Source of the DNA: Silvanigrellaceae bacterium
GTDB taxonomy: Bacteria > Bdellovibrionota_B > Oligoflexia > Silvanigrellales > Silvanigrellaceae
Reading direction: 5' to 3'
Length of the DNA: 41,160 nucleotides
Assembly (NCBI GenBank): GCA_049423385.1
Contig: JBMSQQ010000022.1
Span: 1-41,160 of the forward strand
Positions within the stretch are counted from its first letter, which is position 1, and every line of letters starts with the position of its first letter. The position numbers were made by a program, and so were the translations under genes. The notes beneath the pieces are model-generated. The model saw only the letters and a list, made by a program, of their open reading frames with translations. It searched no databases and was not told the DNA's origin. Below are positions 9,806-18,430 of this stretch, piece by piece.

Positions 9806-10789
9806 TTAGCGGGGAGCGAGGTCGCGAACGAGAAAATTGGCCAACATCACACATTCCCAACCCATCGAACGATTCCAAGCCTCCCTGGACTCATCGCGTT
9901 CGAAGCTCCACTCAGCACGCTCGAGCGGTTGAGTGGCTGGGCACCAGTCCAGGGTCTTGGCAACAACTTCTGGCATGGCCCTCAGCGAAAGATACGCAAA
10001 AAAAGGATTCCGGGGCTGCCGCGTAGCCAGCATTTGGCTCAGCGATGCCAAGGTCTGTGACTTTTGCCCCATTGATTGGCGTATGAGTGCATTGACTCCC
10101 GCCAGATGCATCTCAAAACCGGGAGGCGCGAATTGCGCCTGCAGCAGTGCCATGACCGAATCTTCGACAACCGAAGCATTCATCTTCTCATGCGTTTGCA
10201 GGCCAAGGAATTCCCACACATCGCGAAACAACATCCAAAAACCGGGGGTGAAATCACAGCGATTGTCGGTGCTTTGCGCGCACAGCCGGAAATCATTTTT
10301 CTCTATCCAGTTCATCCACCGTTGCGCCAGTTCCACATCGCGAGTCGCAACCAGGTAAGCCAACACGCCAACAGCCATATCGCGCGAGAAACTGTTGATG
10401 GAATCTGCTTCGACCCGCGTGGATGCCCGCCACATGCGGCCATCGGTTCCTTGCGAACGCCTGACCGCCTCACAACTCACGCCGTCGCCCGACAAACACA
10501 ACAACCCATTGAATAAAGCGGCATCGCCGACGTCACAGTTTTCTTTTGCAACCGAGGAATCACAGCGCAGCGACCAAGCGAGGATTTGCCCACGGCGCTC
10601 CTGCAGAAGATGAATATTTTGAGGGCTTAAAAAAGTCTTGGCCGACAAAGTCTGAGCAGAAGTGCTTGCAGGAGATTGTTTACATGAGGGGATAAAGAAG
10701 ACAGAAGCCAACAGAAGTACCCGAATCTTCAGCCCAAAACAAAGCCCAGCGAGTGGCAAATGACCTCTTTTGTGAAAAGAAAATGCCAT
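9806..10789 (-). CDS. Hypothetical exported protein/lipoprotein, predicted helical (possible alpha/alpha toroid)
   Basis: GGAGG RBS before ATG 10789; hydrophobic segment ending IPSC; Trp/Cys-rich body (GDAALFNGLLC, GRMWRA, SFSRDM). Confidence 0.65.
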   Translation of the reverse strand: MAFSFHKRGHLPLAGLCFGLKIRVLLLASVFFIPSCKQSPASTSAQTLSAKTFLSPQNIHLLQERRGQILAWSLRCDSSVAKENCDVGDAALFNGLLCLSGDGVSCEAVRRSQGTDGRMWRASTRVEADSINSFSRDMAVGVLAYLVATRDVELAQRWMNWIEKNDFRLCAQSTDNRCDFTPGFWMLFRDVWEFLGLQTHEKMNASVVEDSVMALLQAQFAPPGFEMHLAGVNALIRQSMGQKSQTLASLSQMLATRQPRNPFFAYLSLRAMPEVVAKTLDWCPATQPLERAEWSFERDESREAWNRSMGWECVMLANFLVRDLAPR

Positions 10790-10901
10790 CGCCACCTCCC
10801 GATATTAAGGTCGGAAAACGCGCACAAATTCTTGACTTGTGTAGGGGACCGCACAATTGATAAGACTGAAGTGACGTCGCTCTAACCTTAGGAAATTGCA
10901 T

Positions 10902-11303
10902 ATGCTTGATCTATCTCCGTTCATAAAAGCACTGGCGAGCCTGGATCGCGCTGTTCTGCGTGCACAGGCGAACCCACAGGACGAAGAGTTGCGCGACGCC
11001 ACAATTCAGCGTTTCGAATACTGCTTTGAACTCAGCTGGAAGATGCTCAAGCGACAGCTGGAGTCAGATCTTCCAAATCCGGCAAGTGTCGACGGCATGT
11101 CATTCAAGGAACTGATGCGGGAAGGCTTTGAGCGCGGGTATATCACCGACCCGGAAGAATGGTTTGTCTTCAGAGAACATCGCAACACGGTGGCTCATGT
11201 CTATGACGAATCCAAGGCCAAGATCGTGTTTTCTTCCGCCGTGAAATTGAATGCTGTAGCTCGATCTCTACTTGAATCGCTCAAATTGAAAAACAAAGGA
11301 TGA
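10902..11303 (+). CDS. HEPN-domain protein (HI0074-like nucleotidyltransferase substrate-binding family), putative RNase toxin
   Basis: RDATIQRFEYCFELSWKMLKR and an Rx4H motif (RNTVAH) followed by VY. AGGA RBS before ATG 10902. Confidence 0.9.
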   Translation: MLDLSPFIKALASLDRAVLRAQANPQDEELRDATIQRFEYCFELSWKMLKRQLESDLPNPASVDGMSFKELMREGFERGYITDPEEWFVFREHRNTVAHVYDESKAKIVFSSAVKLNAVARSLLESLKLKNKG

Positions 11304-11340
11304 GCGCATCATTATCGAAAAAAAACACCATCAAATTTTA

Positions 11341-11613
11341 ATGAAAGTCATCAAATCACATCTTGAAAACAACGAGGTGTGGCTTCATGGCTCACGTTCG
11401 GGCGACTCGCCCAAACCGCATTCAGATGTTGATCTTGTGATCGTGGATCCGCCTCTCGTCTCAGAAAAAACACTTTCGCTGATGAAGCTGGAATTCGAGG
11501 AATCAAATCTTCCCTTTAGGGTTGATATTTCTATTTGGAGCCAACTTTCTGATTCATTTCAGAAGATCATCAAAGACAAACACGAAATTTTTTATTTGCC
11601 ACCCAAAACCTGA
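11341..11613 (+). CDS. Minimal nucleotidyltransferase (MNT, HI0073-like), putative antitoxin; true start uncertain (possibly 11300 via frameshift)
   Basis: GSx10DxD motif (GSRSGDSPKPHSDVD) and LPFRVDI. The frame stays open upstream as ERIIIEKKHHQIL with no ATG/GTG/TTG. Confidence 0.85.
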   Translation: MKVIKSHLENNEVWLHGSRSGDSPKPHSDVDLVIVDPPLVSEKTLSLMKLEFEESNLPFRVDISIWSQLSDSFQKIIKDKHEIFYLPPKT

Positions 11614-11619
11614 CCTGAC

Positions 11620-12135
11620 TCATTCCCACTGAAGGCTCAGCAACAATTCGCGGTGACGTTCGAGTATTCCTTCAAGACTGGAAATTTCTTCGCGCGTGAA
11701 CCATCGCACTTCTGAAATCTCGGAAGCTTGAATTTTCCAGCACGAAATTTCCTCGACCGTGGCAGTCCTGTCAGCTGCGAAAACGATTTCGAGCATCGGA
11801 AACTTTTCGCTCGTACAGGTTCGCACAAGACGCAATCCAACATCAGCCTGAACAGTTCCTTGCGACGGCCAACCCAACTCTTCTCGAAGTTCTCGACGCA
11901 GACCTTGCTCTGGAGTCTCGGGCCAGGCGACGAGTCCGCCGGGCAATCCCCACGGCTTGACACGACCTTTGTGCTTCAAAAGACAGACACGGGAATGCTC
12001 GTCGCGGATGATGGCTAAACAACCCACCGTCCAGTGAGGGCCAAACACGCGCAGCCAGATTCGGGTCAATTGCGAACGCAATTTCAGCGAAGCCGCTGGC
12101 AACACTTCATTGAAGTTGCTTTTTTGGAAAACCAC
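11620..12135 (-). CDS. NUDIX hydrolase
   Basis: Nudix box WGLPGGLVAWPETPEQGLRRELREELG. Confidence 0.88.
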   Translation of the reverse strand: MVFQKSNFNEVLPAASLKLRSQLTRIWLRVFGPHWTVGCLAIIRDEHSRVCLLKHKGRVKPWGLPGGLVAWPETPEQGLRRELREELGWPSQGTVQADVGLRLVRTCTSEKFPMLEIVFAADRTATVEEISCWKIQASEISEVRWFTREEISSLEGILERHRELLLSLQWE

Positions 12136-12251
12136 GATTGCTCACACTCCGCATCACCCTTGAACTGGAACGAATCTACCAGACCTTGTTATCTATTCCA
12201 TTGTTTCTCGGGCGCAGTCAAAGGCGATACGGACAGTGCGAACTACAATTC

Positions 12252-15200
12252 TCATGGCAACAACAGTTTGCCTTTTGTGCCCAAGTCCGTGCAAGCCGCA
12301 TCCACCTCCGGAACCGTGGTGGTACTGTAAGCCCAGACTGTTGTACCGTTGGATACATTTTGACAGCCTTTTATTTTTCCAGTTTTTGGGCAAGCCACTC
12401 CTTTCGAATAAGTCCCTTGCTGCAAAGGACAGCCAAACTCAATCAGGCCAATCTCAGCCGCCGTGAACGCATCCGTGCAGAGCAGGCCTCCCAAATTGCA
12501 TGACGAGACTGTTGAAGTCGGTGCTGCAGTTGGTGCTGCAGTTGGTGCTGCAGTTGGTGCTGCAGTTGGTGCTGCAGTTGGTGCTACGGTTGGTGCTACG
12601 GTTGGAGTTGGAGACAAGAGCGAGTCGCACTTTCCTGCACTCACCAGAGTTTTCCGCGCAGCTAAGTTCAAGCTCGCATCTGGATGATAGGGTGTGAATA
12701 CAAGGTTATAAGTTTGCGAAGCAGAATTCATGCAAGCTCGCTGCGTATCAACCCTTTCGACAGTGCAATAACTTTCGGCTGCGACAGAAAATTCCGAGCG
12801 AGTAGGATACAATGGATCTAAAGCTGATATTTCGCACAAACCTGCAGCAAGCAATCCAGGACATCTGCCTTCAGCAAACTCGATTGTCTTATTCTGTCCG
12901 ACCCAGCCGGACTTGTAGTTGAATCCAGGAAAATTCTTACAACTTGCATCAATTGAAGAATTACCTCCGCTCAGAAAAATTTGTTTGCAATTTGCGAATG
13001 TATTGCTGCTGCTGCCAGCAATTTTACCCACAATTGTTCTGCATCCGCCTATTTCACCAGGATCCACTATTTGCGTTGCAACTCCAGTAGCCATCTCTCC
13101 ATCTGCATTCTTTGTAAACACGAGAAGATTTGAGACATTCAATGGACTAATTGCAGCGGGAAGCAGGCTGAAAGTGAGGTCCTTGCCTGCCGCTGGAAGC
13201 TCGACTATCGGAGTGGGTCCTTGCTTGGTCGATGGGCTTGACCCAAAGTAAACAACATAGTGGGTAATGTCGCTTTCACTCAGAGATTTCCTGATGACGA
13301 TATCGCCACTGATTTTGCCATCACTCCACTTTACATTGGTAAATGCAACGGAGGCTGCAGCATTCACCGGAACACCCTTGTCGATAATTGCAACGCTGGC
13401 GTGGCCGACGGGGGCCGCGCTGACCGTTCCCAAGAGACTGTCCAGATAAGCAATCAAGCTTGCTTTTTTCGCGGCCGTCAGCATTGAACCCGCAGGCATG
13501 GTTCCGGCAACAACAGCACTTTTGGCAGACGCCGCAAAAGCCTTCCAATCAGCCTCAGTGCCATCTGCCTTATTCCAAGATTGAGCAGCACCCCCCATCG
13601 CGGAATGGCAACTAACGCAGAGCGTTTTGGCTTCAGTTAGAGTCATGGGTACCACGCTGTTGGTCGTACTTACGCCCCCAAACATTTCTCCGTCAGCATT
13701 TTTTGTGAATACGAGTAAATGCGTAGCATTTGCAGGTTTGATGGTGCCTGCTGGCAACATATGACTGATGTCTGTTCCGGTTTTCGGCAGTGTCGCTACA
13801 GGAGTATCACTTTGTTTTGTTGAAGAGTCTGAACCAAAATAAACCACGTAATGAGTAACATCAGATTCGTTGACGGCTCTTTTTATTGATATGTTGCCGG
13901 CAATTTTTCCACCGTTCAAATCGGTGTCAGTGAATGAGACAGCTACTGCTGCATTGACAGGAACACCCTTATCAATGATCTGCACTGCGGCACCGGTCGC
14001 CATTTCTCCGTCATTATTTTTTGTAAACACCAGAAAATGTGTGGCATTTGCAGGCTTGGCGGTTCCCGCTGTCAAGCGTGCAATCAGGTTCTGCCCGGTC
14101 TTTGGAATTGTCGCAATTGGAGTCAATTTTGTTGAAGCGTTTGAGCCGAAATACACAACGTAATGTGTCAGGTCCGATTCATTTGCAGCTTTTGTGATTG
14201 AAATGTTGCCGTCAAGTTTGCCACCGGTAAGGTTTGTATCCGAAAACGAAACAGAACTCGCAGCATTTTTTGGAATACCTTTATCAATTAGCTGTGCGTT
14301 AACAGCCTGGATTTTTTCTCCATATTGATTTTTTGTGTACACGAGAAGGTGTGTGGCATTTGCAGGTTTGATGGTGCCATTCGGTAACGCACTTGAGATA
14401 TTCTGACCAGTCTTTGCAATTGTCGCAATTGGAGTTGCGCTTTGTTTAGTTGATACCCCGGAACCAAAATACACAACGTAGTGTGTGATATCCGATTCGT
14501 CGACAGCTTTTGAGATTGAGATCTTGCCACCGATTCTTCCTCCGTTCAAATCATCATCAGTGAACGCAACAGAGACTGCAGCATTCACCGGAGCACCTTT
14601 GTCTGCAATCGGAACAGCTACACCTTGTGCCATTTCACCTTCAATATTTTTCGAGAACACGAGCAGATGCGTGGCATTGGCGGGTTTGACCGTTTCTGAT
14701 GGCAAGGTTGAAGTAAGATTTTGACCGGTTTTTGCAATTGTCGCGATTGGGTCAGGGCTCAGCTTTGTTGAAGCATTTGAGCCGAAATACACGGTGTAGT
14801 GTGTGATATCGGTTTCGTTCGCAGCCCTGGAGATCGAAATTTCTCCGCCGATCTTTCCCAATGCAGTGTTGTTGTCAGTGAATGCAACAGAAGTCGCCGC
14901 ATTCACTGGCACACCTCTGTCAAATATCAATGTTGAAACTCCTTGACCCATCTCTCCATCGGCGTTTTTCGTCACAACGAGCATGTATTTTGCCTGGTCA
15001 GGCAATGCTGTATTTTTGGGAAGAGCGTAGGTCAGATTTGTTCCGGTTTTAGGCAACACCGCAATGGGAGTCGAGTTCAGCTTGGAATACGAATCAGCAC
15101 TCCAGTACAACACATAATGGCTCAAATCATCTTCTGCGAATGCCCTTGAAATCGACACAAGCCCATCTACTTTTCCACCGTTAATGTTTTCGTCTCTGAA

Positions 15201-15704
15201 GTTCAAACTTGTTGGCCAGTTGCTGGGGACTCCTTTGTCGACAATTAAAATCCCAGGGCCCAACTTCATCTCGGCATTCTGGTTTTTTGTGCGGACAAGG
15301 ATATGCGTTGCATTGATTGGCTTCGCTGTGCCATTGGGGACATTGATGACGAGCTCGCCCGCCCCCTTCGACAAGGTTGCAATGGGAGGGGAATTCAGGA
15401 GCTTTGTTTTGTCGTCGGATCCCCAATAGACCACATAATGCGTGATGCTGCTTTCGTCGGTGGCTCGGCTGATCTTGATTGATCCGCTCAGAAAGCCACC
15501 TCGCTCCGCCATGTCGTCAAACGCAAGACTCACTGCTGCAGAGTTGGGTGCATTATTAGATATCATTGCATCCTGAGAGCCGTTTGTCTGTTCCAATGCA
15601 ACAAGCTGCTTATCGATTTGACCACAGGCAACAACCAGACAGCTGGCACATGAAGCAAAAGTCGTCACAACGGACGTCTGAACGAGATTGCGCAAAACTT
15701 TCAT
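12252..15704 (-). CDS. Large surface lipoprotein: 7 beta-rich repeats, inserted monoheme cytochrome c domain, two Cys-rich domains and PTAA linker
   Basis: GAGGAG RBS before ATG 15704; lipobox LVVAC; seven ~106-aa repeats; CVSCH...GTMP; ~1150-aa uninterrupted ORF. Confidence 0.85.
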   Translation of the reverse strand: MKVLRNLVQTSVVTTFASCASCLVVACGQIDKQLVALEQTNGSQDAMISNNAPNSAAVSLAFDDMAERGGFLSGSIKISRATDESSITHYVVYWGSDDKTKLLNSPPIATLSKGAGELVINVPNGTAKPINATHILVRTKNQNAEMKLGPGILIVDKGVPSNWPTSLNFRDENINGGKVDGLVSISRAFAEDDLSHYVLYWSADSYSKLNSTPIAVLPKTGTNLTYALPKNTALPDQAKYMLVVTKNADGEMGQGVSTLIFDRGVPVNAATSVAFTDNNTALGKIGGEISISRAANETDITHYTVYFGSNASTKLSPDPIATIAKTGQNLTSTLPSETVKPANATHLLVFSKNIEGEMAQGVAVPIADKGAPVNAAVSVAFTDDDLNGGRIGGKISISKAVDESDITHYVVYFGSGVSTKQSATPIATIAKTGQNISSALPNGTIKPANATHLLVYTKNQYGEKIQAVNAQLIDKGIPKNAASSVSFSDTNLTGGKLDGNISITKAANESDLTHYVVYFGSNASTKLTPIATIPKTGQNLIARLTAGTAKPANATHFLVFTKNNDGEMATGAAVQIIDKGVPVNAAVAVSFTDTDLNGGKIAGNISIKRAVNESDVTHYVVYFGSDSSTKQSDTPVATLPKTGTDISHMLPAGTIKPANATHLLVFTKNADGEMFGGVSTTNSVVPMTLTEAKTLCVSCHSAMGGAAQSWNKADGTEADWKAFAASAKSAVVAGTMPAGSMLTAAKKASLIAYLDSLLGTVSAAPVGHASVAIIDKGVPVNAAASVAFTNVKWSDGKISGDIVIRKSLSESDITHYVVYFGSSPSTKQGPTPIVELPAAGKDLTFSLLPAAISPLNVSNLLVFTKNADGEMATGVATQIVDPGEIGGCRTIVGKIAGSSSNTFANCKQIFLSGGNSSIDASCKNFPGFNYKSGWVGQNKTIEFAEGRCPGLLAAGLCEISALDPLYPTRSEFSVAAESYCTVERVDTQRACMNSASQTYNLVFTPYHPDASLNLAARKTLVSAGKCDSLLSPTPTVAPTVAPTAAPTAAPTAAPTAAPTAAPTSTVSSCNLGGLLCTDAFTAAEIGLIEFGCPLQQGTYSKGVACPKTGKIKGCQNVSNGTTVWAYSTTTVPEVDAACTDLGTKGKLLLP
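12520..12603 (-). repeat. 12-bp coding tandem repeat (PTAA x5, PTVA x2)
   Basis: On the + strand, GGTGCTGCAGTT x5 is followed by GGTGCTACGGTT x2. Confidence 0.97.
13062..15548 (-). repeat. Seven ~106-aa (~318 bp) intragenic domain repeats
   Basis: Consensus P(V)NAA.SV.F.D....GGKI.G.ISI.KA..ESDITHYVVYFGS..STK...PIATI.KTG.N....LP..T.KPANATHLLVFTKN..GEM..GV...I.DKG recurs seven times. Confidence 0.95.
13395..13667 (-). other. Class I-like monoheme cytochrome c domain inserted in repeat 6
   Basis: CxxCH (CVSCH, 13605-13619), distal MP motif (GTMP) and terminal helix LTAAKKASLIAYLDSL. Confidence 0.8.
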
Positions 15705-15742
15705 GGCCAACTCCTCAAGTGCTTCTGGAAAACTGAGCGTTG

Positions 15743-15770
15743 GGATCGGCTGTAGGTCAACAGGACTTTA
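15743..15770 (-). promoter_or_regulatory. Putative sigma28 (FliA)-type promoter for the large lipoprotein gene
   Basis: TAAA-N16-GCCGATCC versus consensus TAAA-N15-GCCGATAA, about 40 nt upstream of the start codon. Confidence 0.55.
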
Positions 15771-15967
15771 AAGCAGTCTTAAATATCTATAATCTTTGAT
15801 TTTTTAAACAAGCCAACAGAGCCAAAGAGGTCGAACCCAGAACAGCCTGTCGCAAATCGGTCTGCTCTGAATGTCAGCATTAAAACGGTTCAACCCTTGC
15901 CCGCCGCGGATTGTTGCGTGTAAACCACTGGTCGCACATCAAATCCTTTTTTTTGGGGGTTGTTTTC

Positions 15968-16921
15968 GTGGATACATCTCGTCTCGTCATGGTTTTTCCT
16001 GGTCAGGGCAGCCAAACCGTCGGCATGGGCCGTGAGCTGGCAGAAAACTTCTCCGAATATCGCGAAGCGCTCGCCGAAGCATCCGATGCACTCGGATATT
16101 CGATGGAGCGCTTGTGCTTCGAGGACCCCGAAAAACAACTCAACTTCACAGAATATACACAGCCAGCCTTGTTGGCGAGCAGTGTGGCGACACACCGCAT
16201 TTTGGGCAGCAGAGGCAATTTGAAGTCGGTGACTGCCGTCGCCGGCCACAGCCTCGGCGAATATTCGGCTCTGGTGTGCGCGGGTGCACTCGGCTTTGCA
16301 GATGCTCTCAAGGCCGTTCGTTTCCGTGGGCAGGCAATGCAGCGAGCTGTTCCGGTGGGCGTCGGTGCGATGGCTGCCTACGTTGGAGCGCAAGGTGAAC
16401 GCGTTCTGGCGATCTGCAAGGAAGTCAGCACACCGCAAGCAGCCGTTGAGCCAGTGAATTTCAATTCCCGTTCACAGATTGTATTGAGTGGCCACAAGCA
16501 AGCCGTCGACGCAGCAGTTGCGCAAATCGCAGCAGAAAAACTGGGACGAGGATTGCCGCTGCCCGTCAGTGCACCTTTCCATTCCAGCCTGATGCAGCCT
16601 GCCGCCCGCGAAATGCAGGAATATCTGGAAAACGTGGCAATCAACGAACTCAAGACGCCTGTTTATGCCAACGTCGATGCCAAGAAATATTCCGCAGGAA
16701 ATTACACCAAGGCACAGCTTGTGAAACAAATTGCGAGCGCGGTTTTGTGGACGCAAACTCTGGATGGAATACAGACGATTGAGCAACCCACTCTTTGGTT
16801 GGAAGTGGGCACGGGAAGTGTTCTTCAAGGGCTTTGTAAAAAAACTCTCGACAATCCGGCAACAGCGGGTACACAGGACCTTGAGTCCGTGAAGACCATC
16901 TTGAACGCACTTGGAGCCTGA
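15968..16921 (+). CDS. fabD: Malonyl CoA-ACP transacylase
   Basis: FPGQGSQ, TQPAL, AGHSLGEY and VSAPFHS. GTG 15968 is the likely start. Confidence 0.96.
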   Translation: MDTSRLVMVFPGQGSQTVGMGRELAENFSEYREALAEASDALGYSMERLCFEDPEKQLNFTEYTQPALLASSVATHRILGSRGNLKSVTAVAGHSLGEYSALVCAGALGFADALKAVRFRGQAMQRAVPVGVGAMAAYVGAQGERVLAICKEVSTPQAAVEPVNFNSRSQIVLSGHKQAVDAAVAQIAAEKLGRGLPLPVSAPFHSSLMQPAAREMQEYLENVAINELKTPVYANVDAKKYSAGNYTKAQLVKQIASAVLWTQTLDGIQTIEQPTLWLEVGTGSVLQGLCKKTLDNPATAGTQDLESVKTILNALGA

Positions 16922-16925
16922 ACGC

Positions 16926-17744
16926 GTGGCAAAACTGAAATCGAGCGATGACATCCAGATGATGCGCGCGGCTGGTCGACTGGCTGCGGAGACCCTTCGT
17001 CACGTCGGGCAATTCGTCAAACCTGGCGTCTCGACAGAAGAGATCAACACCATCGTCCACGATTACATCGTGTCGCATGGCGCATATCCGAGTCCGCTCA
17101 ATTACAAAGGCTTTCCAAAGTCGGTTTGTACAAGCATCAACGACGTGATTTGTCATGGGATTCCACATCCAGACGTCAAACTCGTTGAGGGCGACATCAT
17201 CAACGTCGATGTGACGGTCACACTCAACGGCTATTTCGGTGACACATCCCGCACATTCTACGTTGGCGAAAAAATCCCGGACGATCGACGACTCGTGACT
17301 GAAACGTCTGCAGAGTCACTCGCACGTGCTCTGGCAGTGTGTGAACACGGCGTCCGTGTTGGCGACATTGGCCACGCCATCCAGAGCTACGCTGAATCGC
17401 GCGGTTGCAGCGTCGTTCGTGATTTTGTTGGGCATGGAATTGGTCGGGTCTTTCATGAAGAACCTGCCATCACCCATTATGGTCGCGAGGGCACCGGTTC
17501 AAAGCTGGTGCGCGGAATGTGCTTCACCATTGAACCCATGATCAACGGTGGCGACTGGCGCAGCAAGATGTTGAAGGATGGCTGGACTGCCGTCACTCCC
17601 GACGGCAAGCCGAGCGCCCAGTTCGAACACACGATTGCACTTGTCGGCGAAGGAATTGAAATCCTGACAGCTCTGCCGGATGACCCGATTGCTTTGCGGG
17701 CAAAGGAACTCGGAGCGAAAATTCTTTGGCCCGAACTCGGCTGA
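16926..17744 (+). CDS. map: Methionine aminopeptidase type I
   Basis: CHGIP, DIINVDVT, GDTSRT, GHGIG..FHE, FTIEPM and AQFEHT. GTG 16926 has a GGAG RBS (alternative start TTG 16911). Confidence 0.96.
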   Translation: MAKLKSSDDIQMMRAAGRLAAETLRHVGQFVKPGVSTEEINTIVHDYIVSHGAYPSPLNYKGFPKSVCTSINDVICHGIPHPDVKLVEGDIINVDVTVTLNGYFGDTSRTFYVGEKIPDDRRLVTETSAESLARALAVCEHGVRVGDIGHAIQSYAESRGCSVVRDFVGHGIGRVFHEEPAITHYGREGTGSKLVRGMCFTIEPMINGGDWRSKMLKDGWTAVTPDGKPSAQFEHTIALVGEGIEILTALPDDPIALRAKELGAKILWPELG

Positions 17745-17858
17745 ATTGCCTTTCAGACGGCTTCCAGGATCCTTTCCAAGACATCATTGCAATGGTCTCG
17801 CCTCCGACGCTTGTCCAATCTAAATTTCCCTTGTGTCAATCAACACAAGGAGAATGCC

Positions 17859-18413
17859 ATGAGCAACATAGACGTTTGGCGCAATCGCTCGTTGATTCCA
17901 TACCGCTTTCTGGGTTCACCAATGTCTTCCAATTTTTTTCGACGCATGGACAGACTTATAGAAGATGTCATGAACGACTTTTCAGATTTTGGCAGTCGTG
18001 AAGGCTCCATCCAAAACTTCGAACCGCCTTGCGACCTGAACGAGACGGACGACGAATATCATTTGTGTCTTGATTTGCCCGGCCTGCATGCCAAAGACAT
18101 CAACGTTGAAGTCATCGGCAACACTGTTGTTGTCTCGGGCGAGCGCAAGGTCGAGCGTAAAGCTGAAAAAGGCGGAACCCATTATCACGAGAGACGATTG
18201 GGAGCTTTCGAACGACGACTTCAGATGCCTGAAAACATCAATGTCGAAAAAATTCAAGCAAACTTTGATGCGGGCGTTCTCACTCTCAAGTTGCCAAAAG
18301 CAGGCCACTCGCAAAAGAAGAAAATCAACATCATCGAATCCTCGACCCATCCGGGTGAAGTGAAAATAGAGGGCAAAAAAGAAGGAACATCGGAACACAA
18401 GAAGTCAGCTTGA
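17859..18413 (+). CDS. Small heat-shock protein (Hsp20/alpha-crystallin)
   Basis: P.CDL.ET...Y....DLPG, SGERK, ER..G.FER and A.F.AGVLTLKLPK. AAGGAG RBS before ATG 17859. Confidence 0.93.
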   Translation: MSNIDVWRNRSLIPYRFLGSPMSSNFFRRMDRLIEDVMNDFSDFGSREGSIQNFEPPCDLNETDDEYHLCLDLPGLHAKDINVEVIGNTVVVSGERKVERKAEKGGTHYHERRLGAFERRLQMPENINVEKIQANFDAGVLTLKLPKAGHSQKKKINIIESSTHPGEVKIEGKKEGTSEHKKSA

Positions 18414-18430
18414 AGTGGGGGATGTTCGGC

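Noticed and set aside
12520..12603. Short direct repeats as a possible CRISPR array
   Set aside because: Contiguous 12-bp coding repeats with no spacers and no cas genes.
9806..15704. Integrated mobile element or prophage between thrS and fabD
   Set aside because: The content looks accessory, but I found no integrase, transposase, att repeats or phage genes.
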